A stretch of 57,165 nucleotides of DNA from Anaerolineae bacterium (GTDB lineage: Bacteria; Chloroflexota; Anaerolineae; UBA7937; B3-Chlor): assembly GCA_049697655.1 (NCBI GenBank), contig JBAVWD010000472.1:1-57165 (forward strand). The letters run 5' to 3'. Below the pieces are notes generated by a model. It was not told the origin of the DNA. It did no database searches and saw only the letters and a list, made by a program, of their open reading frames with translations. Positions within the stretch are counted from its first letter, which is position 1. Each line of letters opens with the position of its first letter. This document shows positions 47,463-56,905 of the stretch, piece by piece. The translations under genes and the position numbers were made by a program.

Positions 47463-47990
47463 TCACTTCGTCTCGTGATCGCGCTCCGCAGGCCTGTCTC
47501 CCGGACGGGCTTCGGACGCCAGCCGCGCCATTCCCCCGTCCTGTTGCAAGACCTCAAGACCGTTGCGGATGGTGCTCTGGAGGGCAATGAGTTGGTCCTC
47601 CAGCTCTCCAAGCACCCTGATGGCATACTCGTCAGCGCCCCGCATCGTATTCTCAGCATTTCGCTTGGCTTCTTCGCCGATAGCCGCAGAGCGCTCGCGT
47701 GCCTCCTCCACCAACCCGCGCTCGTCAACAAGCAACTCCGCTTCTTCCTGAGCCCTTTCCCGGATCATGCGCGCCTCCTGGTGGGCGCGCTCGATGATCT
47801 GATCCCTCTCTTCCAGGATGCGCCTGGCTTCAGCGATCTGCTGTGGAATCGCTACCTGCATTTGATCGATGATCAGCAGGCATTCATCCTTGTCCACCAC
47901 TGCTCCGGACGTCATAGGGAGTCGTCTGCTGTCATTCAGCAGTGTCTGTAGCTGATCGATGAGAAGCGAGATGTCCCGCATTTCGACCAC
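47463..47990 (-). CDS. Hypothetical coiled-coil protein (ATP-synthase-subunit-b-like heptad region)
   Basis: 175 aa, E/R/A-rich helix (AEARRILEERDQIIERAHQEARMIRERAQEEAELL). No TM helix and no recognisable catalytic motif. Confidence 0.6.
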   Translation of the reverse strand: MVEMRDISLLIDQLQTLLNDSRRLPMTSGAVVDKDECLLIIDQMQVAIPQQIAEARRILEERDQIIERAHQEARMIRERAQEEAELLVDERGLVEEARERSAAIGEEAKRNAENTMRGADEYAIRVLGELEDQLIALQSTIRNGLEVLQQDGGMARLASEARPGDRPAERDHETK

Positions 47991-48064
47991 CCCCCAACAT
48001 TGACCTGTTCTAGTGACGCCCTAGCCAGCCCCACGGCTCGACAGACTACCTACGGAGTGCGTCG

Positions 48065-48592
48065 TCAATCGCGCATGGTTGTGATCTTAATGCGGTCGGT
48101 GATCTCGTCGCCAAGTTCCAGGATCTTGGCCTTGAGCGCGGTTTCCACGTGGGGTGGAACCAGGCTGCTGATGTCTCCCTCCAGCTTGGCCACTTCCTTG
48201 ACGATGCTGGAACTCAGGAAGTAGTACTCCTTGGCGGTCATGAGACAGACCGACTCGATCTCAGGGGCCAGCACACGATTCATGAGCGCCATCTGGAATT
48301 CGAACTCGAAGTCCCCGACCACTCTCAAGCCTCGAACGATGGCCCGCGCGCCCTTTCGACGCGCGACATCCACGGTGAGTCCATCGTAGCTCTCTACCGT
48401 TACGTTAGGCCAGCCCTCGAAGGCCGTCTCGGCCATTTCCATCCTCTCTGCTGTCGAGAAGAGCAAGGATTTGATGGGATGGGCGTAGACCTCCACAATC
48501 AGGTGATCGAAAAGCGCCGCCGCCCTTCTCGCGATGTCAAGGTGCCCATTGGTAATCGGATCAAAAGTGCCCGGGAAGATGGCTGTGCTCAT
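48065..48592 (-). CDS. coaD: Phosphopantetheine adenylyltransferase
   Basis: AIFPGTFDPITNGHLDI nucleotidyltransferase motif and SSSIVKEV. Confidence 0.95.
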   Translation of the reverse strand: MSTAIFPGTFDPITNGHLDIARRAAALFDHLIVEVYAHPIKSLLFSTAERMEMAETAFEGWPNVTVESYDGLTVDVARRKGARAIVRGLRVVGDFEFEFQMALMNRVLAPEIESVCLMTAKEYYFLSSSIVKEVAKLEGDISSLVPPHVETALKAKILELGDEITDRIKITTMRD

Positions 48593-48639
48593 CTAGGCAG
48601 TACCTCCGTCGTTGGCGAGTGTCGACATGCACTCCTGCT

Positions 48640-48668
48640 ATTATAGCACATTCGGACGGAGGTGGAAA
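48640..48668 (-). promoter_or_regulatory. Putative coaD promoter
   Basis: The minus strand reads TTTCCA, a 17-nt spacer, then TATAAT with an upstream TGc. Confidence 0.45.
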
Positions 48669-48683
48669 GCCTACGGCACTCCA

Positions 48684-51104
48684 TCAACTCAGGTCGCCTT
48701 CTCCTCTCTGCCAGAACTGATACACCCGTGTGGCCAGGAGGCGATTCTGAGGCGATTGCAGGCTCGGGTCGTCCTCCCAGATCTCTAGGGCAACCGCGCG
48801 GGCCTCTTCGAGAACCCGGACATCGCTCAGGCGGGCCACCTTCAAGTCGGGGAGGCCGCTCTGGCGAGTTCCAAAGAACTGACCAGGACCTCGCATCGCC
48901 AGGTCCTCATCGGCCAGCTTGAATCCGTCTTGGGTACTCTCAATGATCTTCAGTCGCTGGACACCGGTGTCAGTCGGCGAGTCGGCGAGCAGGAGGCAGT
49001 ATGACTGTTGGTCGCCTCTGCCCACCCTACCACGAAACTGGTGCAATTGCGCCAATCCGAAGCGATCAGCTCCCTCTATGAGCATGACCGTAGCGTTGGG
49101 GACATCTATTCCGACCTCCACCACGGGAGTGCACACCAGGATGTGCAGTTTGCCGCTGTAGAACTCCCGCATCACGGCCTCTTTTTCCTCAGCCGTCATG
49201 CGGCCGTGCAACAGGCCCAAGCGCAGGTCGGGGAAGACCTCTTCCTGCAGTCTGCGGTGTTCCTCCACGGCCGCCTTGGCCTCTATGTTCTCGCTTTCCT
49301 CAATCAAGGGACAGACAATGAACGCTTGCTGCCCGTCCATGACCCTGGCACGCAGGAAGGCATAAGCACGCTCTCGCTCCATGGGGTCCATCCATTTCGT
49401 GACGATCTCCATGCGGCCAGGCGGAAGCTCATCGATTGTGGAGATGTCCAGGTCACCGTAAATGGTCAGTGCTAGCGTCCTGGGAATGGGGGTGGCGGTC
49501 ATCACCAGTACGTGGGGATTGTGCCCCTTCTGGCGAAGTGATGCTCTCTGAGTCACACCAAAACGATGCTGTTCGTCGATGGTGACCAGTCCGAGATTGT
49601 GGTAGCTAAGGCCTCCTTGAATCAGAGCATGGGTCCCAACGATGATCCGGGCCTCTCCCGAGGCTATCTCGTCGTAGATCTTTGCTCTGTCGGACTGTGA
49701 TACACTTCCGGTCAGCAGGCGGAGGTGGGAGGACATCTTGGTCATGCCGGGTAGCCAGAGCTCACCCCAGAACTTCTCGAGACTCGCGTAGTGCTGCTCG
49801 GCCAGGATCTCCGTCGGCGCCATGAGCACAGCTTGCATGCCGCTGGCCGCTGTGACCAGCATTGCCGCCGCTGCGACAACCGTCTTCCCCGAACCCACGT
49901 CTCCCTGGAGGAGTCGGCTCATCGGCTTGGGCTGCTGTAGGTCATCAAGGATCTCTGACAGAGCTTTCTCTTGCGCGGCGGTCAGAGCGAAAGGCAGGGA
50001 CTCAATGAAGGTTCGGAGCAGGGGTCTATCGATCTGAACGGGCTGGCCGGACCTTTCCTGCCATTCACTCCGCTGTCTCAGCACACCTAGCTGGATCATC
50101 AACAGCTCGTCAAGAGCCAGGCGCCGGCGTGCCTGCTCCAGCATGCTCCGGCTGTCGGGGAAGTGTATCTGCCGGATCGCTGACTCGAGGTCCAGGAGCT
50201 GTCTCTGCTCGCGTATCGCTACCGACAGGTGGTCAGGAAGCCGCAAGGTCCAGTAGTCTGCGGTTCGTTTGATCAGCCGGCGCAGCCAGCGGGCACTGAT
50301 GCCTTTAGTGAGGGGATGCACCGGCACGAGACGCCCCGTGTGTACCAGTTCTTCGTCCATGGGCTCCCACGTGGGGGAGGAGAAGGTCAGTCTCCCAAGA
50401 TACTGGTCCACCTTGCCACTGATGACGATCTGCCGGCCCGGCTTGAGCCTCTTTGCCAGAAACGGCTGGTTGAACCAAGTAGTCTCTACCTTCCCCGTGC
50501 CATCCGATATGATACTGGTGACGATGCTCTGGCCCCGCTTGCTGGCGCGCTCTCGCGTCTCCATCACCGTGCCAATGATGGTCACCTCGTCCCGGTATTC
50601 CAGCTTGTCGATGGTCTTGAGAGCGCTGTAATCGTCGTATCTGTGTGGGAAGAGGTACAGGAGGTCTTCGATGGTGGTGACGCCCAGTCGCGCCAGGCGA
50701 CCAGCGTAGGTGTCGCTGACTCCGTGCAGTTCCCGAACCGATGATGAAAGCGCTGTCCTCTCGGTGGCGGGCTTGGCGTTCGCCTGTGGCGCTTCTCGCG
50801 ATTCTACAGGGGGACGCTCGTCCGTGATGAACCCACCTTCGACCCCGTGCCACTTGCTCAGCGCCCCATCGATGGTCTCTCGTCGCCTGCTCACGTCTTG
50901 GTCAGCGTAGGTCTCCAGCAATGCGCACGTGTCGTTGACGAGCTCTCTCACAGATCCGTCCACTGCCCTCTGCAGTGCTTCGACGCGCCAGTGGGCAACG
51001 AACTTGCCCAGACCGCCGATAACAGCCTTATCTGTGTATCCGAGATTCTTCTCCAGGTGGAGCACCTTGTCCAGCTTTTCGGAGGGAGACAACACGGCGT
51101 CCAT
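48684..51104 (-). CDS. recG: ATP-dependent DNA helicase RecG
   Basis: Wedge/OB N-terminal domain. Helicase motifs GDVGSGKTVVA, DEQHRFG and MTATPIPRTL. I prefer the ATG at 51104, because the ORF-track start at 51152 overlaps degV. Confidence 0.93.
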   Translation of the reverse strand: MDAVLSPSEKLDKVLHLEKNLGYTDKAVIGGLGKFVAHWRVEALQRAVDGSVRELVNDTCALLETYADQDVSRRRETIDGALSKWHGVEGGFITDERPPVESREAPQANAKPATERTALSSSVRELHGVSDTYAGRLARLGVTTIEDLLYLFPHRYDDYSALKTIDKLEYRDEVTIIGTVMETRERASKRGQSIVTSIISDGTGKVETTWFNQPFLAKRLKPGRQIVISGKVDQYLGRLTFSSPTWEPMDEELVHTGRLVPVHPLTKGISARWLRRLIKRTADYWTLRLPDHLSVAIREQRQLLDLESAIRQIHFPDSRSMLEQARRRLALDELLMIQLGVLRQRSEWQERSGQPVQIDRPLLRTFIESLPFALTAAQEKALSEILDDLQQPKPMSRLLQGDVGSGKTVVAAAAMLVTAASGMQAVLMAPTEILAEQHYASLEKFWGELWLPGMTKMSSHLRLLTGSVSQSDRAKIYDEIASGEARIIVGTHALIQGGLSYHNLGLVTIDEQHRFGVTQRASLRQKGHNPHVLVMTATPIPRTLALTIYGDLDISTIDELPPGRMEIVTKWMDPMERERAYAFLRARVMDGQQAFIVCPLIEESENIEAKAAVEEHRRLQEEVFPDLRLGLLHGRMTAEEKEAVMREFYSGKLHILVCTPVVEVGIDVPNATVMLIEGADRFGLAQLHQFRGRVGRGDQQSYCLLLADSPTDTGVQRLKIIESTQDGFKLADEDLAMRGPGQFFGTRQSGLPDLKVARLSDVRVLEEARAVALEIWEDDPSLQSPQNRLLATRVYQFWQRGEGDLS

Positions 51105-51132
51105 CGAACCTAGCCTTTTCTCCAGTTTCGAA

Positions 51133-51975
51133 CTAAAGACCTTCGTACACAAAGACGCCGATGGCGTCGGGTCCGAGGTGGGTGGACAGCACTGGTCCGT
51201 ATGTCACGAGATCTATGTCTTTCTTAGGGTATGCGGCCTGCAGCCTTTCCATCAACTCCGACGGTTCCGTGGCATTGGCGCCCCTGAGAACCGCTATCTT
51301 CTCCAGATGCGGAAACTCGGTCACGAATTCGTAGAGCTTGTCGATGCCTCCGCTCCTCGTTCTGACCTTTTCCAGCGGCAGTATCTCTCCGTCCTCTATG
51401 ATCAGAAGCGGTTTTATGCTCAGCATCGTGCCTAGGAGGGCCTCGGCTTTACCGATACGTTCGCCCCTCTCCAGGTACTTCAGGCTCTCTACAAAGAACA
51501 CCAGATAGACGTGAGGAATCATGGCTCTGGCTAGCCTGACCACCTCTTCGAGGTCTGCCCCTTTTCTGGATACCTCGCCCGCAGCAATGGCCAGGGTCCT
51601 GAGCGCCAGAGAGGTGGAGAAGGAGTCCACCACCATGATACGCCGCTGTCCGATGAGAGAGTTCGCGGCTCGTCTGGCAAGCTCAACAGTCCTGCTCAGG
51701 CGGCTTGAGATGTGGATGGACACGATGTCATCGTTGTTCTGGCCCAGGCGCTCGTAGGTTGACTCGAAGACCTCCAGAGGGGGCGCTGAGGCAGAGGGAA
51801 GGGCGTCGGTCTTCTGAAGCTTTCTGGCGAGCTTCTCCGAGTCTATCTCCAGTCCATCAACGAAGGTCTCCCGGCCAACGTGGATGTTCAGCGGGATGAC
51901 GGCGATGTCCAGCTCCTTCGCCAGGCTCGCTGGTAACTCTGCTGTGCTATCGGTGACTATTCTCACTCTGCCCAT
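51133..51975 (-). CDS. DegV-family fatty-acid-binding protein (FakB-type)
   Basis: VRIVTDSTAELP N-terminus and a length of about 280 aa. Sits directly downstream of the DAK2-domain kinase. Confidence 0.9.
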   Translation of the reverse strand: MGRVRIVTDSTAELPASLAKELDIAVIPLNIHVGRETFVDGLEIDSEKLARKLQKTDALPSASAPPLEVFESTYERLGQNNDDIVSIHISSRLSRTVELARRAANSLIGQRRIMVVDSFSTSLALRTLAIAAGEVSRKGADLEEVVRLARAMIPHVYLVFFVESLKYLERGERIGKAEALLGTMLSIKPLLIIEDGEILPLEKVRTRSGGIDKLYEFVTEFPHLEKIAVLRGANATEPSELMERLQAAYPKKDIDLVTYGPVLSTHLGPDAIGVFVYEGL

Positions 51976-52033
51976 TTGATGCGCCTCGTACTCGAGTTGA
52001 CAGGTCCACCCGTTTGTATACGATCAGGCTCAG

Positions 52034-53707
52034 CTACTCCACGGACAGTACGTAGTGGTAGTGCGGCTGCCCGCCTGCGATGAGCTCCCATTCCTGGTCC
52101 GGATAGCGCTCCCGAAGCGTGCTCAGCAGCTCCTCGGCCTGGTCCTCCGTCACGTCTTCTCCGTAGTATGCGGTAATGATCTCGTAGTCGGCGGCGTTCA
52201 TCTGCTCCAGCATCTGAAGCGCGACCTCTTCGATGGTTTTCCCTGAAGCTGTCAGATCCCCATCCACCAGGCCGATGAACTCTCCTTCCTTCACTTTCAG
52301 TCCATTGACGCTGGCCGAACGAATCGCCCGGGTGATCTCCGCTGTTTGGACACCGTGGGTTGCCTCGTTCATGGCATCGGCGTTCTTCTTCAAGTCGGCC
52401 TGGTAGTTGAAAGCCAGAAGGGCACTGATGCCCTGAGGAATGCTCTCGCTGGGCACCACGATCACGTTCTTCTGAGACAGCTCCTTGGCCTTCTCAGCAG
52501 CCAGTACCACGTTGTCGTTGTTAGGAAGGACGATGACGTCCTTCTCGTTCAGGCTTTCGATGGCTTGGAGCAATTCCTGCGTACTGGGGTTCATGGTCTG
52601 ACCTCCGGGCACGATGTTGCTCACGCCCAGGCTGTTGAACACTCGGCAGAGGCCATCACCGGAGACAACAGCCACTATGGCTACGCCGTCTGCTACCTCC
52701 TCCTGACGAGGCTGTGGCGTGGTGCTGCCATCCCCCATGACCATGTATTCGCGATGCTGATCCTGCATGTTATCGATCTTGATGTTGTGCAGCGTGCCCT
52801 TGGCTGAGGCGTACCCGATCACGTCACCGGGGCGGAAGGTGTGCACGTGTACTTTGATGGTGCTGTCATCGCCCACGACCAAGGCTGAGTCGCCCCACGC
52901 GCCTATGCGCCTCTTGATCTCCTCCAGATCCAGCCCCTTGCCTTGCAGGATAAACTCGGTGCAGTAGCCCCATTCCATCTTGCCTTCCACCGGCGCTCTC
53001 GCGGCAGCGCTGGGTACTGCTTCGACGAACTCGTCAGTCTCCATCGGCTCTCCCCTCAGGTGCCTTAGCCCTCCCTCGAGGATGACGTACAACCCCTGGC
53101 CGCCAGCGTCAACCACCCCGGCATCGCGGAGCACCTTCAGCAGCAGAGGAGTCCTGGCCAACGAGTCCCTGGCTCCGACCACAACCCGCTCCATAACGAG
53201 CGTGAAGTCTTGGACTCCGTCGTTCACAGCCGAGTGGGCTGCTTCGGCAGCCTCGCGACCGACAGTGAGGATGGTGCCCTCAACAGGTTTGATGACACCC
53301 TTGTAGGCCGTGGTCGAGCCCTCGCCCAAAGCTTGGGCGAAGTCCGCACCATCGAACTGCTTCTTGCCCTTCAGACTGCTGGCAATCCCTCTGAGCATCT
53401 GGGAGAGGATCACTCCCGAGTTCCCTCGGGCCCCCATCAACGCCCCGTGGGCGGCTGCCTGAGCCACGGCGGCGGCAGAGTCGTCGGGTGTGGCGTTGAT
53501 CTCCTCCAGGGCAGCCCGCATGGTCAGCAGCATGTTGGTCCCGGTGTCGCCGTCGGGGACTGGAAACACGTTCAGTGCATTGATGGTCGAAGCGTGTCTC
53601 TCCAGCCAGACCGTGCCTGCCTGCAAGATTCTCTTCAGTTCTTGCCCGTTGCACAGAGTGATGGGCTGGGGCGCTCGTGTCGCGCCTGTCATCTTTTCCT
53701 TCGTCAA
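52034..53707 (-). CDS. fakA: DAK2-domain protein YloV / fatty acid kinase FakA-type
   Basis: Dak2 phosphate-binding VPDGDTGTNM. About 550 aa. Conserved asp23-yloV order next to rpmB, as in Firmicutes. Confidence 0.85.
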   Translation of the reverse strand: MTKEKMTGATRAPQPITLCNGQELKRILQAGTVWLERHASTINALNVFPVPDGDTGTNMLLTMRAALEEINATPDDSAAAVAQAAAHGALMGARGNSGVILSQMLRGIASSLKGKKQFDGADFAQALGEGSTTAYKGVIKPVEGTILTVGREAAEAAHSAVNDGVQDFTLVMERVVVGARDSLARTPLLLKVLRDAGVVDAGGQGLYVILEGGLRHLRGEPMETDEFVEAVPSAAARAPVEGKMEWGYCTEFILQGKGLDLEEIKRRIGAWGDSALVVGDDSTIKVHVHTFRPGDVIGYASAKGTLHNIKIDNMQDQHREYMVMGDGSTTPQPRQEEVADGVAIVAVVSGDGLCRVFNSLGVSNIVPGGQTMNPSTQELLQAIESLNEKDVIVLPNNDNVVLAAEKAKELSQKNVIVVPSESIPQGISALLAFNYQADLKKNADAMNEATHGVQTAEITRAIRSASVNGLKVKEGEFIGLVDGDLTASGKTIEEVALQMLEQMNAADYEIITAYYGEDVTEDQAEELLSTLRERYPDQEWELIAGGQPHYHYVLSVE

Positions 53708-53745
53708 CGCTTAAGACCTCCGACCTGACTCAGCGCGCGCCCTCC

Positions 53746-54105
53746 TCAGTCGGCATCGCTGATACGTAGACCCTGCACGTGGACGTTGACCTCCGCCACC
53801 GGCACCCCCAGCGTCTTCTCCACGTTGAACTTGACGCTCTGCATGATGTTGTGCGCAACCTCCGAGACCCTGACACCATACTCCACGATCACGTAGAGAT
53901 CGATGGTTATCCTATCTGCCGCTAGCTCTACCTGGACTCCCTTCCTCGGGCTCTCGGAGGGATGCAAAAGCTCCGCCAGCCCATCCCGCACGGTGCGTGA
54001 AGACATGCCTACGACTCCGTAACATCCCAGCACGGCCTGGCTGGCTATGCTGGCCACAGCCACGGGGGAGATCTCGATGCTGCCCAGTCTCTGCTGTTCT
54101 GACAT
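53746..54105 (-). CDS. Asp23/Gls24 family protein (YloU-like)
   Basis: GSIEISPVAVASIASQAVLGCYGVVGM and DLYVIVEYGVRVSEVAHNI. Confidence 0.85.
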   Translation of the reverse strand: MSEQQRLGSIEISPVAVASIASQAVLGCYGVVGMSSRTVRDGLAELLHPSESPRKGVQVELAADRITIDLYVIVEYGVRVSEVAHNIMQSVKFNVEKTLGVPVAEVNVHVQGLRISDAD

Positions 54106-54171
54106 TGCCCTGCCTCATGAGGTCGAGTGGTGAAGGTAGATACTCACCTGGGAACACCAGGCTTCGCTGGT

Positions 54172-54200
54172 TTGACTAAGTTGCTCCAATAGGGTATGCT
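54172..54200 (+). promoter_or_regulatory. Putative rpmB promoter
   Basis: TTGACT (54172-54177), a 17-nt spacer, then TATGCT (54195-54200), about 35 nt upstream of the rpmB ATG. Confidence 0.45.
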
Positions 54201-54236
54201 TGATATTCAGTCAGTAATGTGTCGAGGGATAAGGTA

Positions 54237-54425
54237 ATGGCCAGAAAATGCGACATATGTGGTAGAGGCACCCACTCCGGGGGCAGTGTCAGCCATGCTC
54301 ACAACCGGACCAAGCGCACTTTTCAACTCAATCTGCACAAGAAGACGATCAGCGACGGCGAGACAAGCCGACAAATCCGCATCTGCACCAGGTGTCTGCG
54401 CACCCTGGGGAAGAAATCCGCCTGA
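54237..54425 (+). CDS. rpmB: 50S ribosomal protein L28
   Basis: MARKCDICGRGTHSGGSVSHAHNRTKRTFQLNL. I prefer the ATG at 54237, which has an upstream GAGGGATAAGG. Confidence 0.95.
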   Translation: MARKCDICGRGTHSGGSVSHAHNRTKRTFQLNLHKKTISDGETSRQIRICTRCLRTLGKKSA

Positions 54426-54795
54426 GTTGAGTCGCAACGTTGTCCGGAGCAATTCCATGCTTGCCCGTTGAGCCAGTCCCCACTGCGGGGGCCGGCTTCT
54501 TCATGTCTCTGTATCCATCTCCTATCACATAACACAATCGCCACGGCTCCGTTACCCTACCTGAGGGATCCTACTAGTGCACGTCGCTCAACTCCATCCC
54601 TCAGTGGAAGTTCGACCTCCCAACGTCAAGGCCCTCACAACAGTAATACTAGGCGCTATCACCTCGAAAGGCAATCCCGCTCTCAGGGAGCCCGAACACC
54701 CGCAAGTCGAGTTGGCGTCGGGTTGAAACTCGACGTTGCACCAACTGCAAACGTGCTGAAGCACGTTCATGGAATTGGACGAGGCCGGTTCTCCC

Positions 54796-55848
54796 TCAAG
54801 TGGGGCGGGATTTCAGGCGGCCGCTAACGCTGCTGGCCGCCTGACTGCTCTGAAGCACTCTTGACCGCAGCTGGCCACATCCCGCATCGATGTCAATGCC
54901 CCTGCGCATTCTGATCGTACTGCTGATGCTCAGGCGTTGCAGTTCCCCGTGGAAAGCCAACACCCGATCCTGAGCGCTGGGCTGCCAGGGGCAATCGGCA
55001 GTAGGGTTGAGCGGAATGAGATTGACGTGGCACTGTAGCCCCGAGAGCAAGTGGGCCAACTGACGAGCCTGCTGGAGCGAATCGTTCACGTCGTGCAGCA
55101 GAGCATACTCAAACGTCACCCGCCGGCCGGTGTGCTCGACGTAGGAGCGACAGGCGGAGAGCAATTCAGACAGTGGGTAACGCCTGGCAAGGGGCACCAG
55201 AGTCCTTCTCAGTTCATCGGTGGGGGCGTGGAGAGAGACGGCCAGGCCAACCTGGGGGCCATCCTCGGCCAGCCGGTTGATGCCGGGCACCGCGCCTGCA
55301 GTGGAGATGGTGATGCGCCTGGCCCCCAGGTTGTACCCTCGGGAGTCGGTGAGCGTCTCCACGGCCTGCCAGGTGGCATCGTAGTTGAGGAGTGGTTCTC
55401 CCATGCCCATGAAGACTACGTTGCTCACCCTCTGTTCGCTCTCCCGGAGTTGCCGGGCGAAATACAGCACCTGCTCGACGATCTCTCCCGAGGTAAGGTT
55501 GCGCACGTAGCCGCTTTGGCCGGTGGCGCAGAAGGGGCAACCCACGGGACAGCCCACCTGGGTGGAGAGACAGACCGTCTGCCTCTGATCGTACAGCATG
55601 AGGACGCTCTCGATGGTCTCACCGTCGGGGAGGCCGAAGAGGACTTTGCGCGTGAGCCCGCTGGCGGAAGAGGTCTCCTCCAATGGGATGAGCCTTCGGA
55701 GGTCGGCCATCTGCTCCAGTCTCTGGCGCATGGGCTTCGGGAGATTCAACATCTCATCGACGCGGGTGACCAGCGACTGGTAGAGCCATCCGTAGACCTG
55801 GTCCACCCGATATGAGGGCTCGCCGAGGGATAGAACGAGGTCCGACAA
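54796..55848 (-). CDS. rlmN: 23S rRNA/tRNA m2A methyltransferase RlmN (radical SAM)
   Basis: GEPSYRVDQVYGWLY, radical SAM STQVGCPVGCPFCATG and MGMGEPLLN. The frame stays open upstream (..LLDLTYSQL..), so the TTG start at 55848 may be slightly too short. Confidence 0.92.
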   Translation of the reverse strand: MSDLVLSLGEPSYRVDQVYGWLYQSLVTRVDEMLNLPKPMRQRLEQMADLRRLIPLEETSSASGLTRKVLFGLPDGETIESVLMLYDQRQTVCLSTQVGCPVGCPFCATGQSGYVRNLTSGEIVEQVLYFARQLRESEQRVSNVVFMGMGEPLLNYDATWQAVETLTDSRGYNLGARRITISTAGAVPGINRLAEDGPQVGLAVSLHAPTDELRRTLVPLARRYPLSELLSACRSYVEHTGRRVTFEYALLHDVNDSLQQARQLAHLLSGLQCHVNLIPLNPTADCPWQPSAQDRVLAFHGELQRLSISSTIRMRRGIDIDAGCGQLRSRVLQSSQAASSVSGRLKSRPT

Positions 55849-55931
55849 TTGGGAATAGGTCAGGTCCAGCAGGGCTACTCTTGCTTCCGCGTCCCGGGCA
55901 GCTTCGATCAGAGGTCTGTCACCCCGCTCCC

Positions 55932-56633
55932 CTAGTCCCTGCGACTCATGCCCGTGGCCAGGAAGACGAAGTAGAGCAGCTGGGACAGGGCCTGAGCGAG
56001 CGCCGCAATGTAGGTGAGGGACGCCGCTGATAGAACGGCCTGCACTCCCTGAATGTCGGCGGTGCCCACCAGACTCTCGGCCTTCAGCATCTGGAGGGCG
56101 CGACGGCTGGCATCACGTTCCACAGGTATGGTCACAAAGGCGAAGACTACGCTCCCGGAGAAGAAGATGATCCCCACCCAGACCAGGCCCGAGAACTGAA
56201 GAAGAAGGCCCACAAAGAAGAAGATCATCCCCAGCCAGGTTCCCAGGTTCACCATGGGCACCAGGCCTGAGCGCACCCGCAGTGGGGCGTAGTCGGTCTG
56301 GTCCTGGAGGGCGTGCCCCACCTCGTGGGCCACCACGCCCAGGGCGGCGATCGATGGGGTGCGGGTGACCTGGGGCGAGAGGCGCAGTACCTTCTTGGAG
56401 GGGTCATAGTGATCGCCCAGCATCCGTCGGGCCGCCTCGATCCCCACGTGGCCGAGCCCGTTTGATCTCAGCAGCAGTTGGGCAACTTCCAGCCCGCTGA
56501 TCTCCCTCATGTTGCGCACGCGGGAGTACTTGCCGAAGGCTGACTGCACCCTCCACTGCGCGAACAAGGCCAGCAGCAGAGCTGGCAGCGAGAAGAGCAG
56601 GTACCTGATGTCGAAGTAGAAAGGAAAGAACAT
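55932..56633 (-). CDS. Membrane zinc metallopeptidase (YugP-like, PF04298-type)
   Basis: N-terminal TM helix, VVAHEVGHALQD HExxH motif and C-terminal TM helices. Confidence 0.85.
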   Translation of the reverse strand: MFFPFYFDIRYLLFSLPALLLALFAQWRVQSAFGKYSRVRNMREISGLEVAQLLLRSNGLGHVGIEAARRMLGDHYDPSKKVLRLSPQVTRTPSIAALGVVAHEVGHALQDQTDYAPLRVRSGLVPMVNLGTWLGMIFFFVGLLLQFSGLVWVGIIFFSGSVVFAFVTIPVERDASRRALQMLKAESLVGTADIQGVQAVLSAASLTYIAALAQALSQLLYFVFLATGMSRRD

Positions 56634-56669
56634 GTGCTGGCCTCCGCAATACGTTTCTATACCTCCCTA

Positions 56670-56699
56670 ATTATACCAGAGCTCGATCGGGACTGTCAA
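56670..56699 (-). promoter_or_regulatory. Putative promoter of the zinc metallopeptidase gene
   Basis: The minus strand reads TTGACA, an 18-nt spacer, then TATAAT (with TGg immediately upstream). GGAGG SD lies 8 nt before the ATG. Confidence 0.5.
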
Positions 56700-56811
56700 T
56701 ACCTGTGACTGCTGGTCCGCTATTGTGGATCGCCCCCATACCGGCGCACAATCCTGAACGAGACTGCATCCTGCGCAGGGTTGCAGCCTCTCCTGGGTCT
56801 GCCGGGCGCGA

Positions 56812-56840
56812 TTGCCTGGCTGCTGGAGCGCTGCTACAAT
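56812..56840 (+). promoter_or_regulatory. Putative promoter of the partial gene at the 3' end
   Basis: TTGCCT, a 17-nt spacer, then TACAAT. Confidence 0.5.
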
Positions 56841-56905
56841 GCTCCACGGGAGATGTGGTCTTTGTCAGGTGATCGTTTTCCTTTGTGGTGACCCCGGAGG
56901 AACAG

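Noticed and set aside
46859-47731. The 290-aa ORF-track version of yceD, and similar N-terminal extensions of mraZ (to 25294), nrdJ (to 7726), murB (to 12866), cdaR (from 33739), recG (to 51152) and etfA (to 3312).
   Set aside because: The extensions overlap the upstream gene or operator sites and have non-protein-like composition. Internal starts reproduce the conserved family N-termini (for example MFLGTYLH for MraZ) and often have an SD.
54606-54621. GGAAGTTCGACCTCCC, which resembles a tRNA or tmRNA T-arm.
   Set aside because: The loop has the wrong length (5-6 nt rather than 7) and the stem needs a G-U pair. No acceptor, D or anticodon arm can be built around it.
54588-54770. A 60-aa minus-strand ORF in the rpmB-rlmN gap with CSWC...CGC cysteines, considered as a possible small zinc-ribbon protein.
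   Set aside because: There is no SD within reach of the ATG. Codon third-position G+C drops in its second half, the C-terminal half is low-complexity, and the Cys spacing is not a standard ribbon. I treat it as non-coding unless Ribo-seq says otherwise.
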